A stretch of DNA of 64,000 nucleotides from the human T2T-CHM13v2.0 reference genome, Homo sapiens. Below, piece by piece: positions 1 to 16,049 of this stretch. Made by a program: the position numbers and the translations under genes. The notes beneath the pieces are model-generated. The model ran no database searches. It was given only the letters and a program-made list of their open reading frames with translations, and was not told where the DNA came from. Where the stretch lies: NCBI RefSeq assembly GCF_009914755.1, contig NC_060934.1. One strand, 5' to 3'. The first letter of the stretch is position 1, and each line of letters begins with the position of its first letter.

Positions 1-3000
1 AAATATGCATCAGAATAAATAAGCAGCACAATAGTGGGCACCTTGAAAGCAAGAGTGTTACAGCTTAGCAGCCTGGTAACAAAAGAAAAATTTGTTGGTT
101 TGATTCAGTACTTATTTAGTGCATCCACAGGAAGGCCAGATAGTCTGCCTGCAGTTAAACAAACCAGCGAGAATTTTATTCGCATTCCATTCTATTCTAA
201 GCATGGAGATCTAACTAGGTTCACATCTGTGTACAGGTGGCCTGAGCCAGAGTGAAATGTCCTTATATGGATATCTGCACTTCTACCTTTAGCAATTCAT
301 TTCTTTTGGGAAAGCATCATCTTTTCTTTGTAGTCCTCTTTTAAATTGCAAATAATCTATGCAAAAGAACACTTTGTTTTTCTAATAGAGTCTTAGGGGA
401 AATAAATTTAATATTTCACTTTTTTCCTCCACTTTTTCCCCCTTCACTTTGTGAAATTCCTGTGACTACTTAATCTTGGTTTCCATTACATATCTATTTC
501 CAAAGTCAATTCTTAACTCTTTAAGTTTCTCAAAGTGAACAATATATGCCTAAGGTAATTTTTATAATAATAATTTGGAAAGCCATACTAAACCTAGATG
601 CAAGTTCACTTAATGATGAGTGGTAAACATGATGCAATAGTGTCATACTCATACATTTTTTTCTGCGTTAGTAAACATTATAAAAAATGGTTTAAAAAAT
701 GAGTTTTTAAAACAATTTGAATTAAAATTGTAAAAAGTTTTACTTAATCAGGCCCTTTTTTAAAGTAAGAAAGTTAAATTATTGATTTAATCTTTTAATG
801 AATTATCTAAATATGTTGGGTTGGGAAGAACCCACATTTGTTTTCCAGATACTATTCATCCTTAAATGTAAATGTCTTCAAGAAGTAAAAACATTATACC
901 TGATATTTAATGAGTTTTTTCGTAAGTCCTCAAAGCATCTCTTGGTAGAACTACTTGACATCCTACCAAAAAATATCATCAGTCTTTTCCTTCTTAGCTT
1001 TTTAAAAAATTATTTCTCTCTTGGTCAGAATGTTATAGTTTTTGGCCTATGTAAAACTTTCCATGAGAAGGGTGATTCTCATATCCAGTGTTTTTTTTTT
1101 TAGTGTGGATTACTCACACCGCTGGCCTTATCTATACACATGCAACCTTATCTATACATGTGCAAGGCTTATTGATACATGTGCTACCTTGTTTACTTAC
1201 TGCCCTTTCTTCCTGTCTCCCCATTGCACACCTTTGGATTTTTATGCCTTTATTCATCTGTCGGATTTCAAGCAATGGAAAGATAAAAAGTCAAATCAGT
1301 TTATTTTACTATTTCTTCACATATTTTTTTAAAGTTGATGAAAGATTTAAGATATTAATTGAGAAGAGTCATACAACAATTGTTATTAATTATGTTCAAT
1401 CAGTTCTTAATTATTTATGTCAACACCTTGCCTTTGTGAATATGTGAGGGATAGTAGAACAAGAGACATTCAAGTTTTGACATTACCCTGTGAGACAAGG
1501 TATGGTTCTAATGAAGGTGATAAATGAATTAAGCAAATACCACCTGGGATGTAGAAAGGTATTTGTGCAGTGTTAGAATCCACACTTGCTTCTTCTGGCA
1601 AAAGCAGCCACTAATTGTTTGCTGTAGTAGAACCAATTTTCACTGAAAATAATTTTTATTTGAATTTTGCACATGGATTAATCAACAGCAGATTTGAAAA
1701 AGTGCTGCCTTAAGACCAGTCTCAAAGTTTGCTTAATATTTACTTGATCTAAACTCAACCCAAAATAAATCCTAAAACACTCAGACAAATAGAAAATATA
1801 CAATGTACATGTGTATTATTTTTCCATTTTTACCATTTTTTAAGTGGGTTGTTTTTGATTATTCTGCCTATTTTTTATGTTCTACTTTCTCAGCCACTTT
1901 TTTTTAACTCATTCCTCCCTTCTTTTCACAGGTATAAAAACACCCAAAAGATGTCTCTGAAATACATTGCCAAAGAAAGAGCTTCAAATAGAGTCACTGT
2001 GCCTAACTCCCATCTCTGGGCGTTTTACTCTTCATCGAGGGGAGTGGTACCAATGTTTTGCTGTTGTTGTAATGGCTGCTGCTGTTTCTTTAGTTCTTAT
2101 TCTTCTCAGTTTATTTACTGTCTATAGTTTTTACAAAAAACAAACTCAAAATAAATCTGAGGAAGGCTTATTATAAGGTTTTAATGCAGACAGAGATAGA
2201 CTCAACTGTAATACACTAGGCATTTTGGCATATAAATCCTTATATCTGAGCTTAATCATATCTATACTTAAGGTAGTCCTTTGTCTTCAATTTAATTTTT
2301 CCAAATTGGAAGTCTGCATATCATATCTTTATTAAATCTATGAATCCTTGGCTATCTAATATGTATCAGCAAGTTTTCTTTAAATTAAGCTGGCCTTCTC
2401 TCAAGAACCTAAACCTCTATAAATACTGTAAAATAAATTTTAATCAGTCGTCTGTGAGAGGGGATTCTGAACTAATTTTTGTACTTTCAAACCATTATCA
2501 GTACCATTCTACTGGAAACAAAATAATTTTTCTTTTAATTGAATCAATCGTGTTTCAGAAATTAAATAACTGAAAACTATTCTAGGCAGAAATTCCTTTG
2601 TTTTACAAATCTGTGAGGTTTATGTGTTTCTTCTCAGTGGTTTTTAAGTTCTTGGGATCATGTTGGAGACATTTCTGCTTACTATCCTAGGACTGATGTA
2701 TGCGATTTGATACAGTTTACAATTGGCATAATGTTTAAATGTCTATAAATATTAGCATGATCAAAATACTGGAAAAAAATCATTGTTGAATGATGATGGG
2801 GATCCATAAAGTTTTAATATTTAAAAAGCTATTTATTCTTTTTAGATGAATACTCTTGGGTTTTATTCAGCCTATTTTAAATCAAGACCCAAAGATGAGG
2901 CCATCTCTGTGGGATTTTATCTGCCATAACACAGCTTACCTTATGGCTGCTTTTACATGACATGACATGTTTCATACAGTGGTGAACTCAATACATTATG

Positions 3001-3586
3001 AAACAAAGGCCCTGGTAATGAGGATTTAATTATGACACAATCTGGAAATCATGCAGGAGTAACTAATTTGTGTGTTGATTTCACAGTTCCCATATCCTAG
3101 GGGTATCTCAGAGAGCACTATTTTAAAATCTCATAGTCCAGATGGCTATTGATAAAACATAAGTAAAAATATGAAACTCAGTATAAAAATGTGAGTTACT
3201 TGCTCTTAGCAATTAGTTATTGAGACAACCTCTTATGTTTAGATTATGTTAACTGCAGAGTTCTAGGAATTCCAAAAGGCAATTTCATAAGAAACTTTAA
3301 AAACAGGTATGGCATATCTGGGAATAAGAGTATTGCATCCAAACCTTTGTAGTCTAAATGAAAAATAACAAGATGAATTTTTTTTGTGGAGTCAGCCTTA
3401 CTGCTTTAGTCAGATTTCATATTCTAAAATTATTTTAGCCAAATGAAACTAAATAATACTGCCTTTTAAATAGGTGGATAATTTGATGAATTCTTTGAAA
3501 AGAATTGTCCAAATAATATATTAAGTGTCTTTCCAATTGCTTATTTATGTCTACCTGTAGTAATCTCTTATACTGACATGGATTTC

Positions 3587-3900
<314 letters not shown>

Positions 3901-4485
3901 GGATTTCTTTATTGATAGGCTGTATGTATGTGGCTTTGGCTCCTACATAAATATCACCCCACTTCCTTTAAGAATAATTAATAAGTGAAAAGCTTGCTTC
4001 ACTCTCTTGCTGAGCCCAGCTTAATGAATATCGGTAAAATAATTGCATGACAACATTAATGATGAAAATGCTCATAATCTGAGCCCAGGCAACAGCTTAG
4101 TTGGGTTAGAACCTGTAAAATCCATAGAAAATGTTTTGTGATAAATTAGGAAGACAAATGCATGATGAGGAAAAAAGTAAAACACCCCTACTGAATCTGA
4201 ATTTGGCTATATTTCCTAAGTTTGTAATGATTTTAAAAATCCATCATCCATTCACATGTACTCACCACCTACTATGGGTCAGATATGGCAGCCTCTGCAT
4301 ATACAGAAGTGAAAAAGACTTGGGTCTTTTATCTGAAGATGTTCTCAATTTGGGGGGATATGAAGATTTTTGCCTCCAGAATATTTATCCCTTAATAATA
4401 ATAACAACAGTAATAGTAGCAGCAGAAGCAGCAATACTTTCTTTTCCAGTTCATTTCTCACTCCCATGATAAAAATATTTTTGTC

Positions 4486-4513
<28 letters not shown>
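4486..4513 (+). repeat. (GT)14 microsatellite
   Basis: Direct read; immediately followed by AG. Confidence 0.95.
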
Positions 4514-4516
<3 letters not shown>

Positions 4517-5904
4517 ATCCAAAGAGCTGGACCTGAATCGGAATTTTCAAGAACTGGCTTCTGATGCTCGCTTTGTGGGGAAAAAACAGCAGATGCTGGA
4601 GAATCCTGAGCAAATGATTTGAACTCTATGTTTCTGTTTTTCACTTAATGAGAATTTCTTTAGTAATAATTCCCAAAGCTCTCATCCTCTAGGTTTATTT
4701 GTCTGCTATCCTCTGTCGATGAATTAAGATCAGTCTCCAACAGATCTTTATTGCAGACATTCAAAGAGAGGGAAGACTTCTGTGGACTAAGTTGGAAAAC
4801 TACTCTGGGAGCAGCCGATGAGTTTCATCACTTTGCTTCAGTATAAATTAAAACAGATTGTATTCTCTTCACACCCCCATCACTGCAAACAGAAAATAAA
4901 ATTACTCAGCAATTCTAGTCACGTCTTTCTTTCAAGATATTCCTTGAAAGTCCCAGCATAATTGTAAATGAAATTCATAAAGAGGGAAAAACACACTTAT
5001 TAGGCGGGTGTACATCAGCATGTGGGCAGGATTTAGCTGAGCCCCTTTTTCCTATTGAAGAACTGATCAGACGACTTGACAGCTGGAGTTTACATGATTG
5101 TTGTACAATAAAACAGGACCACAGCTACCTTTTGCTGTGCTCCAAATGCCAAGTGTAATTTTGAATACTTCTTCTCCTTTATAAAAATATGTTCTCTTTA
5201 TAAAAAGAGAGGATAGATACACCTTAGAAGTGACGCTGTTCCTACAGAATCCAAGGTGCATAAAAAATTAAAAAGAAATTAAACCTGTACCATATAATTA
5301 AAAAAGAATGGAAAAACCTATTGAAGTTTAATGGCTGGGTTATAAGAGAAGCCACACACAACATAGTTGGCCCTCTGAGATCTGAGGTAAATGGATTACA
5401 GGATGTGGACTTGGAGCTCAGCTGTGAACACTGTGATATTTTGAGAAAAAAGAATCGAATGTTCATCGCTTTGTTGAAACTCTCAAAAATCCTAACAAAT
5501 CCGACCATTTCAGATGCCAAAGACAGCATTAGAAAGTGCAGAAAACAAAAGAGGTATCATATCCAAATTATATAATATAATTAAATTACAGCCCTTGGTT
5601 AGATTTTATTTTACCCATTTGTGTTAAGCTCTTAATTTTGGATAAATAAAAAGAGAAACCCAAATAAATTTCCCCCATTTTATAGGGCTGTGATTACAGG
5701 ATTTGAAATTGTGAATAGGATACATGAGTACCTTTACTTCAAAACGAAGTAAAACTTAACATTAAATTTGTGCTTTTCCTGGGCTTTCACATGCTCCCAT
5801 ATGTAGTGAACCTCTTTTTATGTAAGATGTCTTTTTATTAAGCACATAGTAAATAAGTAACCTAATTTTTTTCATCTGCTTTAATGACATGGATGATTTT
5901 CACA

Positions 5905-6445
5905 TTAATTCGTTCATTACTTCAATATTTTTGGTAGCATCTACTATATACCAAACAGTGTTTTTTATTGTTAGGAATACCATAGTAAAATAAATATGTA
6001 AGCATCCTTTTTACATTCTAGAGGGAGAGATAGAAAACTTTTTAAAAAGAGAGTGGGAAAGATAATAAATAAATAGTATTGAGGGGGGAAAATAAAGCAG
6101 AGAAGAAGACATAAAATACCAAGAGTGGGACTTGAAATTTTAGATTTTGTGGCTAGTCACTGAGAAAATGGCTTTTGAGTAAAGATCTAAAGGCATTGGA
6201 GCTAGCTAGCCACAGATATTTGTGGAAAGGGCATCCCAGGAAGTGGGACAGCATGTTCCAAGGGCCTGAGGTAGGAATATGCCTGGAACAACAGGAATAC
6301 TTGTGTGGCTTAGGGTGGACAGAGTAAACTGGAGGAGAGTAAATAATATGGTCAGAAACATAATATAAACCAGACTTTAGAAGGCTTTGTGGTGCATGGA
6401 AAAGACTAGCGCTTTTACTTTGGATGAGATGAGAAGTCTACCATA
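5905..6445 (-). mobile_element. L2 fragment (3' region)
   Basis: ttcgttcattac...agcatctactatataccaaacagtg is an L2 3'-end motif, followed by typical purine-rich L2 body. Confidence 0.7.
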
Positions 6446-6450
6446 TTTGT

Positions 6451-6626
6451 CAAGCACTGACAACTTTCTCCGTGAGTGGCCAGATATCTAAATTTTGCAG
6501 GACAGACAGTTTCTGTCACAACTGCACAACCCTGTAACTGTAGTACAAAAACAGCCAAAGACCCTGGATGAATCAATGAATATGGCCGTATTCCAATAAA
6601 ACTTGATTTACCAAAATAAATGGTGA
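6451..6626. mobile_element. MER58A-like hAT-Charlie DNA transposon
   Basis: ggccagata...tctgtcacaact...cagccaaagac...ggccgtattccaataaaacttgatttac resembles the recalled MER58 consensus. Confidence 0.75.
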
Positions 6627-6629
6627 AGG

Positions 6630-8540
<1,911 letters not shown>

Positions 8541-8549
8541 TAGCTTCTC

Positions 8550-8645
8550 CCAAAAAGCACATCTCAATTCAAACTATTCACATTTCAACTGTTCAATAGC
8601 CACAACTAACTAGTAAGTACTGTAATAAACAACACACCTCTAGAA
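8550..8645. mobile_element. MER3/MER33-like hAT fragment
   Basis: cacatctcaattcaaactattcacatttcaactgttcaatagccac. Confidence 0.6.
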
Positions 8646-8849
8646 GATAGTCTCATTTTTCTCTCTTTTAATTGTCTAGCTTTGAAATATGCATTTATAT
8701 TTTTAAATGGCATTGTACTAAAAATTATGAAGATTCACAGTAAATCCAGATTGAATCACTGTCACTGAGCCTAAAATAGAAGTGGTGCAGGTGCTTTGAC
8801 TGATGGGTAGTGGTTTACCAACCCCTTCTATCAGTTATATTTGCAATTC

Positions 8850-8975
8850 CATTTGACAGATGAAATAACTAAGTCCAAGAATATTTAGAAACATGTCCCA
8901 ATTTACCTAAGTAGTTACAAACACTGCTGGGCCTCAAATTCAGGTCAATATGATTGCAAATTCTTTCAACTATAT
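8850..8975 (-). mobile_element. MIR fragment
   Basis: ccatttgacagatgaaataactaag core motif. Confidence 0.6.
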
Positions 8976-9013
8976 TATGTTGTCTTCATGATGACTTTTT
9001 TGTTTTTGTAGAC

Positions 9014-10436
9014 CAGTGGTTCTCCAAATGTGGTCTGCAGAGCCCTTTACAGTGGTTCCATCGGGTCAAAATTATCTTTACAATAATATAAAATTTTAAT
9101 TTGTATTTTTCACTGTGCTGACATTTGTAATGATGATAAAAAAGCAATGTGGGAAAAGGGAGGTATGATCCTAAGCAAGAATTGGGGCAGCAGCACCAAA
9201 CAATCCTAGTACTCATTGCATTTTCACTATCATATACTCACAGGGGGTAAAAAGCCTGGTTCATTTACAAACATCTTTGACAAACCAGCGAAAATTATAA
9301 ATTTTATTGAAATCTCAACCCTTGGCTGTACATCTTTGTACTATTCTGTTTGACCAAATGGAAATTACCCATAAAACACATATGCTGCCCTAGCAGAATG
9401 ATGGTTTTCTTCAGGAAAAGCATCTGAGTGACTGAGTTGTCGGCTGAACTAACCAGTTTATTTTTAACATAGAACAGTATTTTACTCTAGAAACTGACTT
9501 GATAGGTAAACTATGGTTATTCTATTAGAGTATTTCCTGGCCATCTCGGGGGGCATTAAAAAAATAAGCCTGTTACTTAAGAAAAACAACTGACAGTATT
9601 TGTGTCCAATCACAAACTTAAAGATTCCAAGTGAAAATTAAAATTAAAATTAAAATTTTGGAAAAATTGTATCTGCCACTGCTTCCCAATACTATTTTGG
9701 TGAGATCAGTGGCAATATTAACAACTGTAATTTTTAAATATTAAATAGTGAAATATGTCAACATTTGGAAGATCTGTATAACTTAGCAAAGCAACATTTT
9801 CCAAATTGCAAAAGAATGATGTTACGGAATTATTTGTAAGTTAACAGATGTCTTCAAAGCGTGAGATAGACCATTGCAGTTTAATATGGGAGAGAAAAAG
9901 CTAATTGAAAGGGTTCCAGACCCACTTTTCAATTAACATTAAAAAAACTACCATTTGTCAAGTCTTAGAGCAATTTCAAAGAAGAATTTTCATACAGAAT
10001 TTTTAATAGGCAATTAAGATGTTCTTCCCTGTTAAAATTACATATATACATATATGTGTGAAGTTGGGTTTTCTTCCTATGTTTGAAACAAAAGGACATT
10101 TGACAACAGATCGAATACAGAAACAGAGATGAGAACCTAGGTGTCTTCATTAAGCAAGGCATTAAGAGATTTGTAAAGATGTAAAGCAGTATCACACATC
10201 TTACTAGTTTTTGGTTTTGAAGAATCTAGCTTATTTTTAATAACATTTATGTTAATGTAGAATGCATTTATTGTTCTTATTCTTAAATGCATTAATGCAA
10301 TTTTTTAAAATTCTCCACTTTAATTTCTAATATTTAAATATTGCTTGACATGACCTGCATAAACTCAAGCTCGTGGTCCTTAATAATTCTTGGGAATGTT
10401 AAGGGAACCTGAGACCAAAAAGTTCTAAAATTACTG
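9014..10436. mobile_element. Charlie1-type (Charlie1a/1b-like) hAT DNA transposon, both ends present
   Basis: Starts cagtggttctccaaatgtggtc and ends gagaccaaaaagttctaaaattactg; degenerate 8-bp TSD ttgtagac / ttgtagtt. Confidence 0.8.
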
Positions 10437-13400
10437 TTGTAGTTAGAGCGTGTGCATGTGGGTGGTATGCACAGTAAACTCTCAACTAGAAGGAAATAGT
10501 GAGGGTTGTCAGTTAACTGGCCTGTGTTTTCTTTGATCAAATTTAGAAGGAAAATGGAGATAATGAAACAAATAAGCTAATGTCAAAAGTCTTCTCATTA
10601 TAAAATCAGTGCAAATGACTACTTGTGTGAATGTGTGTGATCAACAGATACGAAATAGGATAGTAAAACTTATCCTTCCTACTTATAGGGGTTGTTACAA
10701 GAATAAATAATGATATGGAAAAAGTCAGATTTAGATATGAAATCTTTTCTTGTGTATAAAATATAATGAAAATTTAAGTAGGTATGTATTCTCAGGCATT
10801 TCACAAATCGTATTTAACAGAAAGATTTAATTACTTAACATTACTTAACTCAACATACTCTTATCAAGCACCTGGTGTTTGCCAGTACGGTACTGAACTC
10901 CATATATGCAAAGACGATTAAGACATTGCACTATATATTCATTAGTGTTTGAGAAAGATTTATCCACCATGAAACAAGCAAAACAGTTTTATGTTTAGCT
11001 CTCAGTTTATTAGGCCATTTTATTTTCTAAGCATTTAGGTAAACATTTTCTATAACATACATTGAGGAGTCATCTTTAGTTCCTTTGAATATATTCTTAA
11101 AATCTCAAACCATCTGCAGTAGTATATTTAATGTCATAAAACAAATTATATATATTAGCCCCTTTGGTGTCCTAGATTCTTTTGACGTTTCTCTTTTGAA
11201 GAGAGAGAGTTTCTAAAAGGGGAACTAACAAATGAAATGACCAGTGCTAAAATGACCACCCCAATAAAGCTACAAAATATCTACCTTTCCACTTAATGGA
11301 TGTTTGGACCTAGACAGCAGGAGTACTTTTCCCTGTAGATTTATCCATTATGTCTCATGCACTGCTAATTCATTTTCCTGATATACTAGGGCCACCCTTC
11401 GTTCTCCCATTGTCCTGTCCAAGAAAGAGCTTGCTTTGAATTATGGGGAGGAAGGGTATCAAAATTTCATATTTAGCCGAAAGATATAGATTTCCTTTTG
11501 CATACTCTTATTCTGTGTTGTCTCCCTTCCTCCCTTCCTGAATCCTCAATCTGTACCCAAACCTAAAAGTCATGTTTTGGGTTACGCTTCATTCTGTTTT
11601 CAGGAGGACATAGGGTGGCCTTTTTTTTTGTTCTCATTTATCAGCATACATAGAGCCAAGGCTCTGGTAGGTGCAGATGTTATAAAGTGAAACACCTGAG
11701 AGTGACATGCGAATTAAGATAGAGCTCTGATTTTTGAAAGATGGTTATGACATCCGAAATTGCATGAGTTTTTAGAACATTCAAAGACTTACTGGAATGT
11801 TTGAATTAGCATCTTATCAGTTCAATCAATTGCCCCCAAAAGCAATAAAATGAATCCAAAACTTACAACTACATTGACTATGATAAACTTTTCTGTGTCC
11901 TAAGGTATGCAAAACATGGTGCTTTTAGCCTGTCTTTAATTTTATTAGCACCTTTCAAAGTGTTGAAACACTATCCATAATTATTTATTCATTTATTTTA
12001 ATTATAGTACTTGATTGCACATGAGTATTTTGTAGATGAACATAACTATTACTAAGGAATGGGACAGCATCAATAACTGCTTATTAATAATTATAATGAT
12101 AATTTAGAAAAGAAAAGCCATAGGCTTGTCTGATGAGTGTTTTCATCTTGACTACAGTTTCTCTTCTTCCTGTGCCTAGAGCTCATTAGGTGGACAAATT
12201 TTCCCCATGATTACAACACCCACAAAAGGGCCAAAGCAGAGAGAAAAAAATCCACCTTTGCTCAGTTTCAAATTAATCTGAAACCCTGTAGGCCTCAGTA
12301 GGTGCCCAAGGCACATCCCGCACCCATGTTATTTTTAGTTGAATGCTATTCTTCTATTACAGGCAGCAAGATTGAAAACTGTCATGACTCTGAGCAAACC
12401 TGGTTATTTCAGAATACAGGCTTTCACAGCATTTCCCTCTAATGGCCCAGATTAGAAAAGAAAGGTTGTTTATACGTTTAAAAGGCCAAGGTCTCCTGAA
12501 CCATCAAAGCAGTGGCTTGTGGTTTTAGAGCAATGCAACTTCCCGCTGTGTGTAATGGGTGAGCACCTGTAGACGGCGCTTCAGCCGGGCTGCCACTGGG
12601 CACCAGTGCTAATTGGCGTCTATGAGGGACACTCGAGCAGCCTATGAGCCTCAGCATTTCATTTCATTTGGAGTGAAATATACTCTAAGTAACAAAGGAC
12701 ACACACACACCTTCAATGACTTCTTTCTGGACATTTTCCTTTTCAGAGGATGGACTCATAGATCAAATGCCATCTTGTCACCTCCCATTTCTATACTGGC
12801 TACCCTTTATAATGTTTAAGAAAAAAAAATAAAATAGTTCTTTGTAATTGGAGTTTCACTCTTTGGATGAATTTAGAGGAGAGCAAATATGTTGAATATG
12901 TTTTATTAATGTAAGTTTTGCTTGCAGAAACTGTAAAAAAGAGAATGTATATAGGCATGTATATCTAAATGTCTCTGCAGACATTTCGGCAGAGATTTTT
13001 ATGGCTATATGAATTCTCCTTTTTATGCTTTCTGCAAGAAAACTTTGGGGACTCATTTATGGTTGTCCCCTTAGGCCCCCACCCACTCTGTTTGCTTCTT
13101 CAGTGCTTTGTGTACTGGTGGGTAAGTTTAGTTACATGTATGTTTAATTATTGTGCCATTTCTTAAAATAGTCATCTATCAATTATGATCCGATAAAAAC
13201 TGGGTGACATAAGAGCCCCCTTCTCAATGCATCAAATGTACACATTGTCCTGTTACATCTGTGAGGGACTCATGCCTGCTGAAAGGAGGGAGTATCACAG
13301 AACAAAAGGGTGTAATCTTTAATGTGAATCTGAATCAACTCTTAAGCTCAAGGGACTGAACTGAAAAAGCTATAATTGAAAACTACAGCTGGACTATAAA

Positions 13401-14192
13401 TGCAGCCCACTTATGAGATGCACATTAATGGGACTATAAGAATATTAGAACTATTATTTGTACTCATTTATCTCAAATTTGATGCTAATGGATTTTTTTT
13501 CTAAGATGCATGACTTTGACTAAGTCATTTACTCTTTCTAGGTCTCAGTAACTTACTATGCAAGGGACTGAATAATTTCTGAAGTCCCTCCCCATTAAAA
13601 TTATTGTAATGGTTCTATGACATATGCGGTGTCCAAAACACTGCTGTAGCTATTATTAAATTCAAATTTTAATGATAATCTTTGGGACATTGCAACAAAA
13701 TAATTTAAGAGTCAGTTTCAGTTCTCAACCGTTAAGATAAACCCAGGTATTTCCTTTCTTAGTATCATATACATTTGGCAAGTTTAAGAAGCTGTTGTTC
13801 TCCTCATCTTTGATTGCATATATTTCAGGAATCGGACACTTTACATGAAAAGTTTCTTAAATTCGCATATATTTAGAATTAGTCATATAATAGTTTTTAG
13901 AAAAATGAAGAATGCCATAAAACTTAGAAATTGTTACTGGGGATTTTCAATCTATCATGATTATAATAAAGTTAGCATAATAATTATAAGAACAATTTTT
14001 CATCATGTTTTATCTGAGTTTTCAATTAAGGAATTTTAAAAACTGACCCATTTATTCCCTTCCATGTGTTTTCTTTGGACACTTGTCAGGTTAGGAGTCT
14101 TCACCACTGATTGCTGCCTGTGTCCAGTATCACTTGCATTTTCAGTAAGTTTCTTCCCCTGTTTTCTACCTTCTAGAAACAATAAACAAATG

Positions 14193-14476
14193 ATTTTATT
14201 TTATTTTATTTTATTTTACTTTTCTAGACAGGATCTCACTCTGTTACCCGGGCTGGAGTACAGGGTCTCAATCGTAGCTCACTGTACCCTCAAACTCCTA
14301 GGCTCAAGCGATCCTCTTGCTTCAGTCTCCTGAGTAGCTGGGACATCAGATGTGTACCACCATGCCTGGCTAATTTTTTTTAAAAAATGGGGTCTATGTT
14401 GCCCAGGCTGGTCTTGAACTCCTGGCCTCAAGTGATCCTCTTGCCCTCAGCCTCCCAAAATGTGAGGATTACATGT
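14193..14476 (-). mobile_element. AluJ with (TTTTA)n tail
   Basis: J-type right arm (ctcaaactcctaggctcaagcgatcctc); heavily diverged. Confidence 0.85.
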
Positions 14477-14521
14477 AAATTAATATGCTTTAAATTTTTT
14501 AATTGGACTATATAATTACTA

Positions 14522-14556
14522 TGTGTGTGTGCGTGTGCGTGTGCGTGTGTGTGTGT
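14522..14556 (+). repeat. (TG/CG)n alternating purine-pyrimidine tract
   Basis: tgtgtgtgtgcgtgtgcgtgtgcgtgtgtgtgtgt. Confidence 0.9.
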
Positions 14557-15361
14557 TGGTTAAGGTTAGGTAATAAATAGAAGCTCAAAGAGGTTAATTA
14601 ACTTCACCCATGGCACAAAACACTGAATTTTGTAATGTGGATTCAAACTCCAGGCTGGGAACTGGCTTGTGGCTTATTTAAGATCCTCTTGGACTCAATT
14701 TTAATTCAGATATCAAAAAAAGCAAATATATTGATATCATACCATACTTATTACCTGATAGCCTCATGTGTCTGTGCACACATGTGTCTATCTATAAGGC
14801 TATTAAAAAATATGAGAGAGTGACCTGGGTATCAGGGGAGCATTTACAAATGTACATAACTCACTGGAAAAGAGATGTGTGCTCAGAAAAAAAATAATTT
14901 ATTGTGGACTACACATGGACACAGGTAACCCCATCATTTTTCATGGTTGCATGTCATACTCTTAATTGCCCCAGCTCCTTAGGATGCTTGCCCAGTAAAT
15001 ATGGGATGTCCTGCCACTTCCCCTGTGCAACTGAGTGTTACTCAACTCTCCGTCTATCTCCCTATGTAACCTTCTCTCTCTTAATCCTTTAATTTTTAAA
15101 AAGAATTCTCTGCATTACTATTTTCATTTCCTTGCATTCGCACTGACACTAACCACTGCAGTCTGGCTGTAGTCCCTACTCTTGCATTGAAAGTGCTTTC
15201 AATAAGATCAAATAGAGGGTCCCATTGTCCTGTAACTCTACCTCTTTTAGCATTTGACGCTCTTGACTTTTCTCCCCATGCTCTGATTTAGACTTTGGTG
15301 GCACTGCTGTCCACTTGTTCAGCATGTGCCTTTCTGGGCCCTCCTCCTTATTCTCCTCAAT

Positions 15362-15665
15362 GTATTAATTTCTCAGTAGCTTAAGAGAACAAAGACTGAT
15401 TTCCGTTATGCTGTATATTTATTGTGTTGTCTCATTTTGGTCTGGTAGCCCCTCAACCAGGGCAGCCTCTCTGAACCGTGCTGGTCACGGTGGCAGAGGA
15501 AAAAGTAAACCCAGCAAAGAACAAATCTGGCCCTGAAGCTTCTGCCACCTCATTTCATTGGCCAAAGCTAGTCATATAACCAAGCCTACTCCCCTAGTGC
15601 AGGGAAAGACAGGCCTCTTCCTGGGAGTGGGTGGAAAGCGGACATTAGTGATGAATATGATCACC
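15362..15665. mobile_element. MaLR LTR remnant (MLT1J/K-like) within L2 sequence
   Basis: catttcattggccaaagctagtcatataaccaagcct motif; L2-like flanks on both sides. Confidence 0.55.
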
Positions 15666-16049
15666 TACATACTCTTCTTTTGTCCACTTGGCAATTGTTG
15701 GTGTTTCCTGCCTTGGCTTTCCTCTTTTCTTATGTGTATGTTCCATTTGGTAGAGTTTATCAATAACCAGGATTTGAAACCTCCCGGGAAGCTGAGAATT
15801 CCAAAATCTCTACCAATAATCTCCATCTCTCATCTGAATTTTAGTCACTGTCCAAGTGCACCTCCACCTGAGTTTTAGTGATGCAAGGGATCGCTCTATA
15901 TGTTGGGGCTGTGTGAAGAGTAAGGAAGAGAGCTGAGGCTGGGGTGGGTTGGGCAGGAGGGGAATGTGAGGGTCCTAAGGTAATACCAATAAAGCATCAT
16001 ATGTTTGGCGGGTCTACTTTATAATGGGAAGGTTTATTATAATATTTTT

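Noticed and set aside
5067-5575. Overlapping ORFs and splice-like signals near 5.1-5.6 kb
   Set aside because: No consistent acceptor-donor-frame combination and no recognisable peptide.
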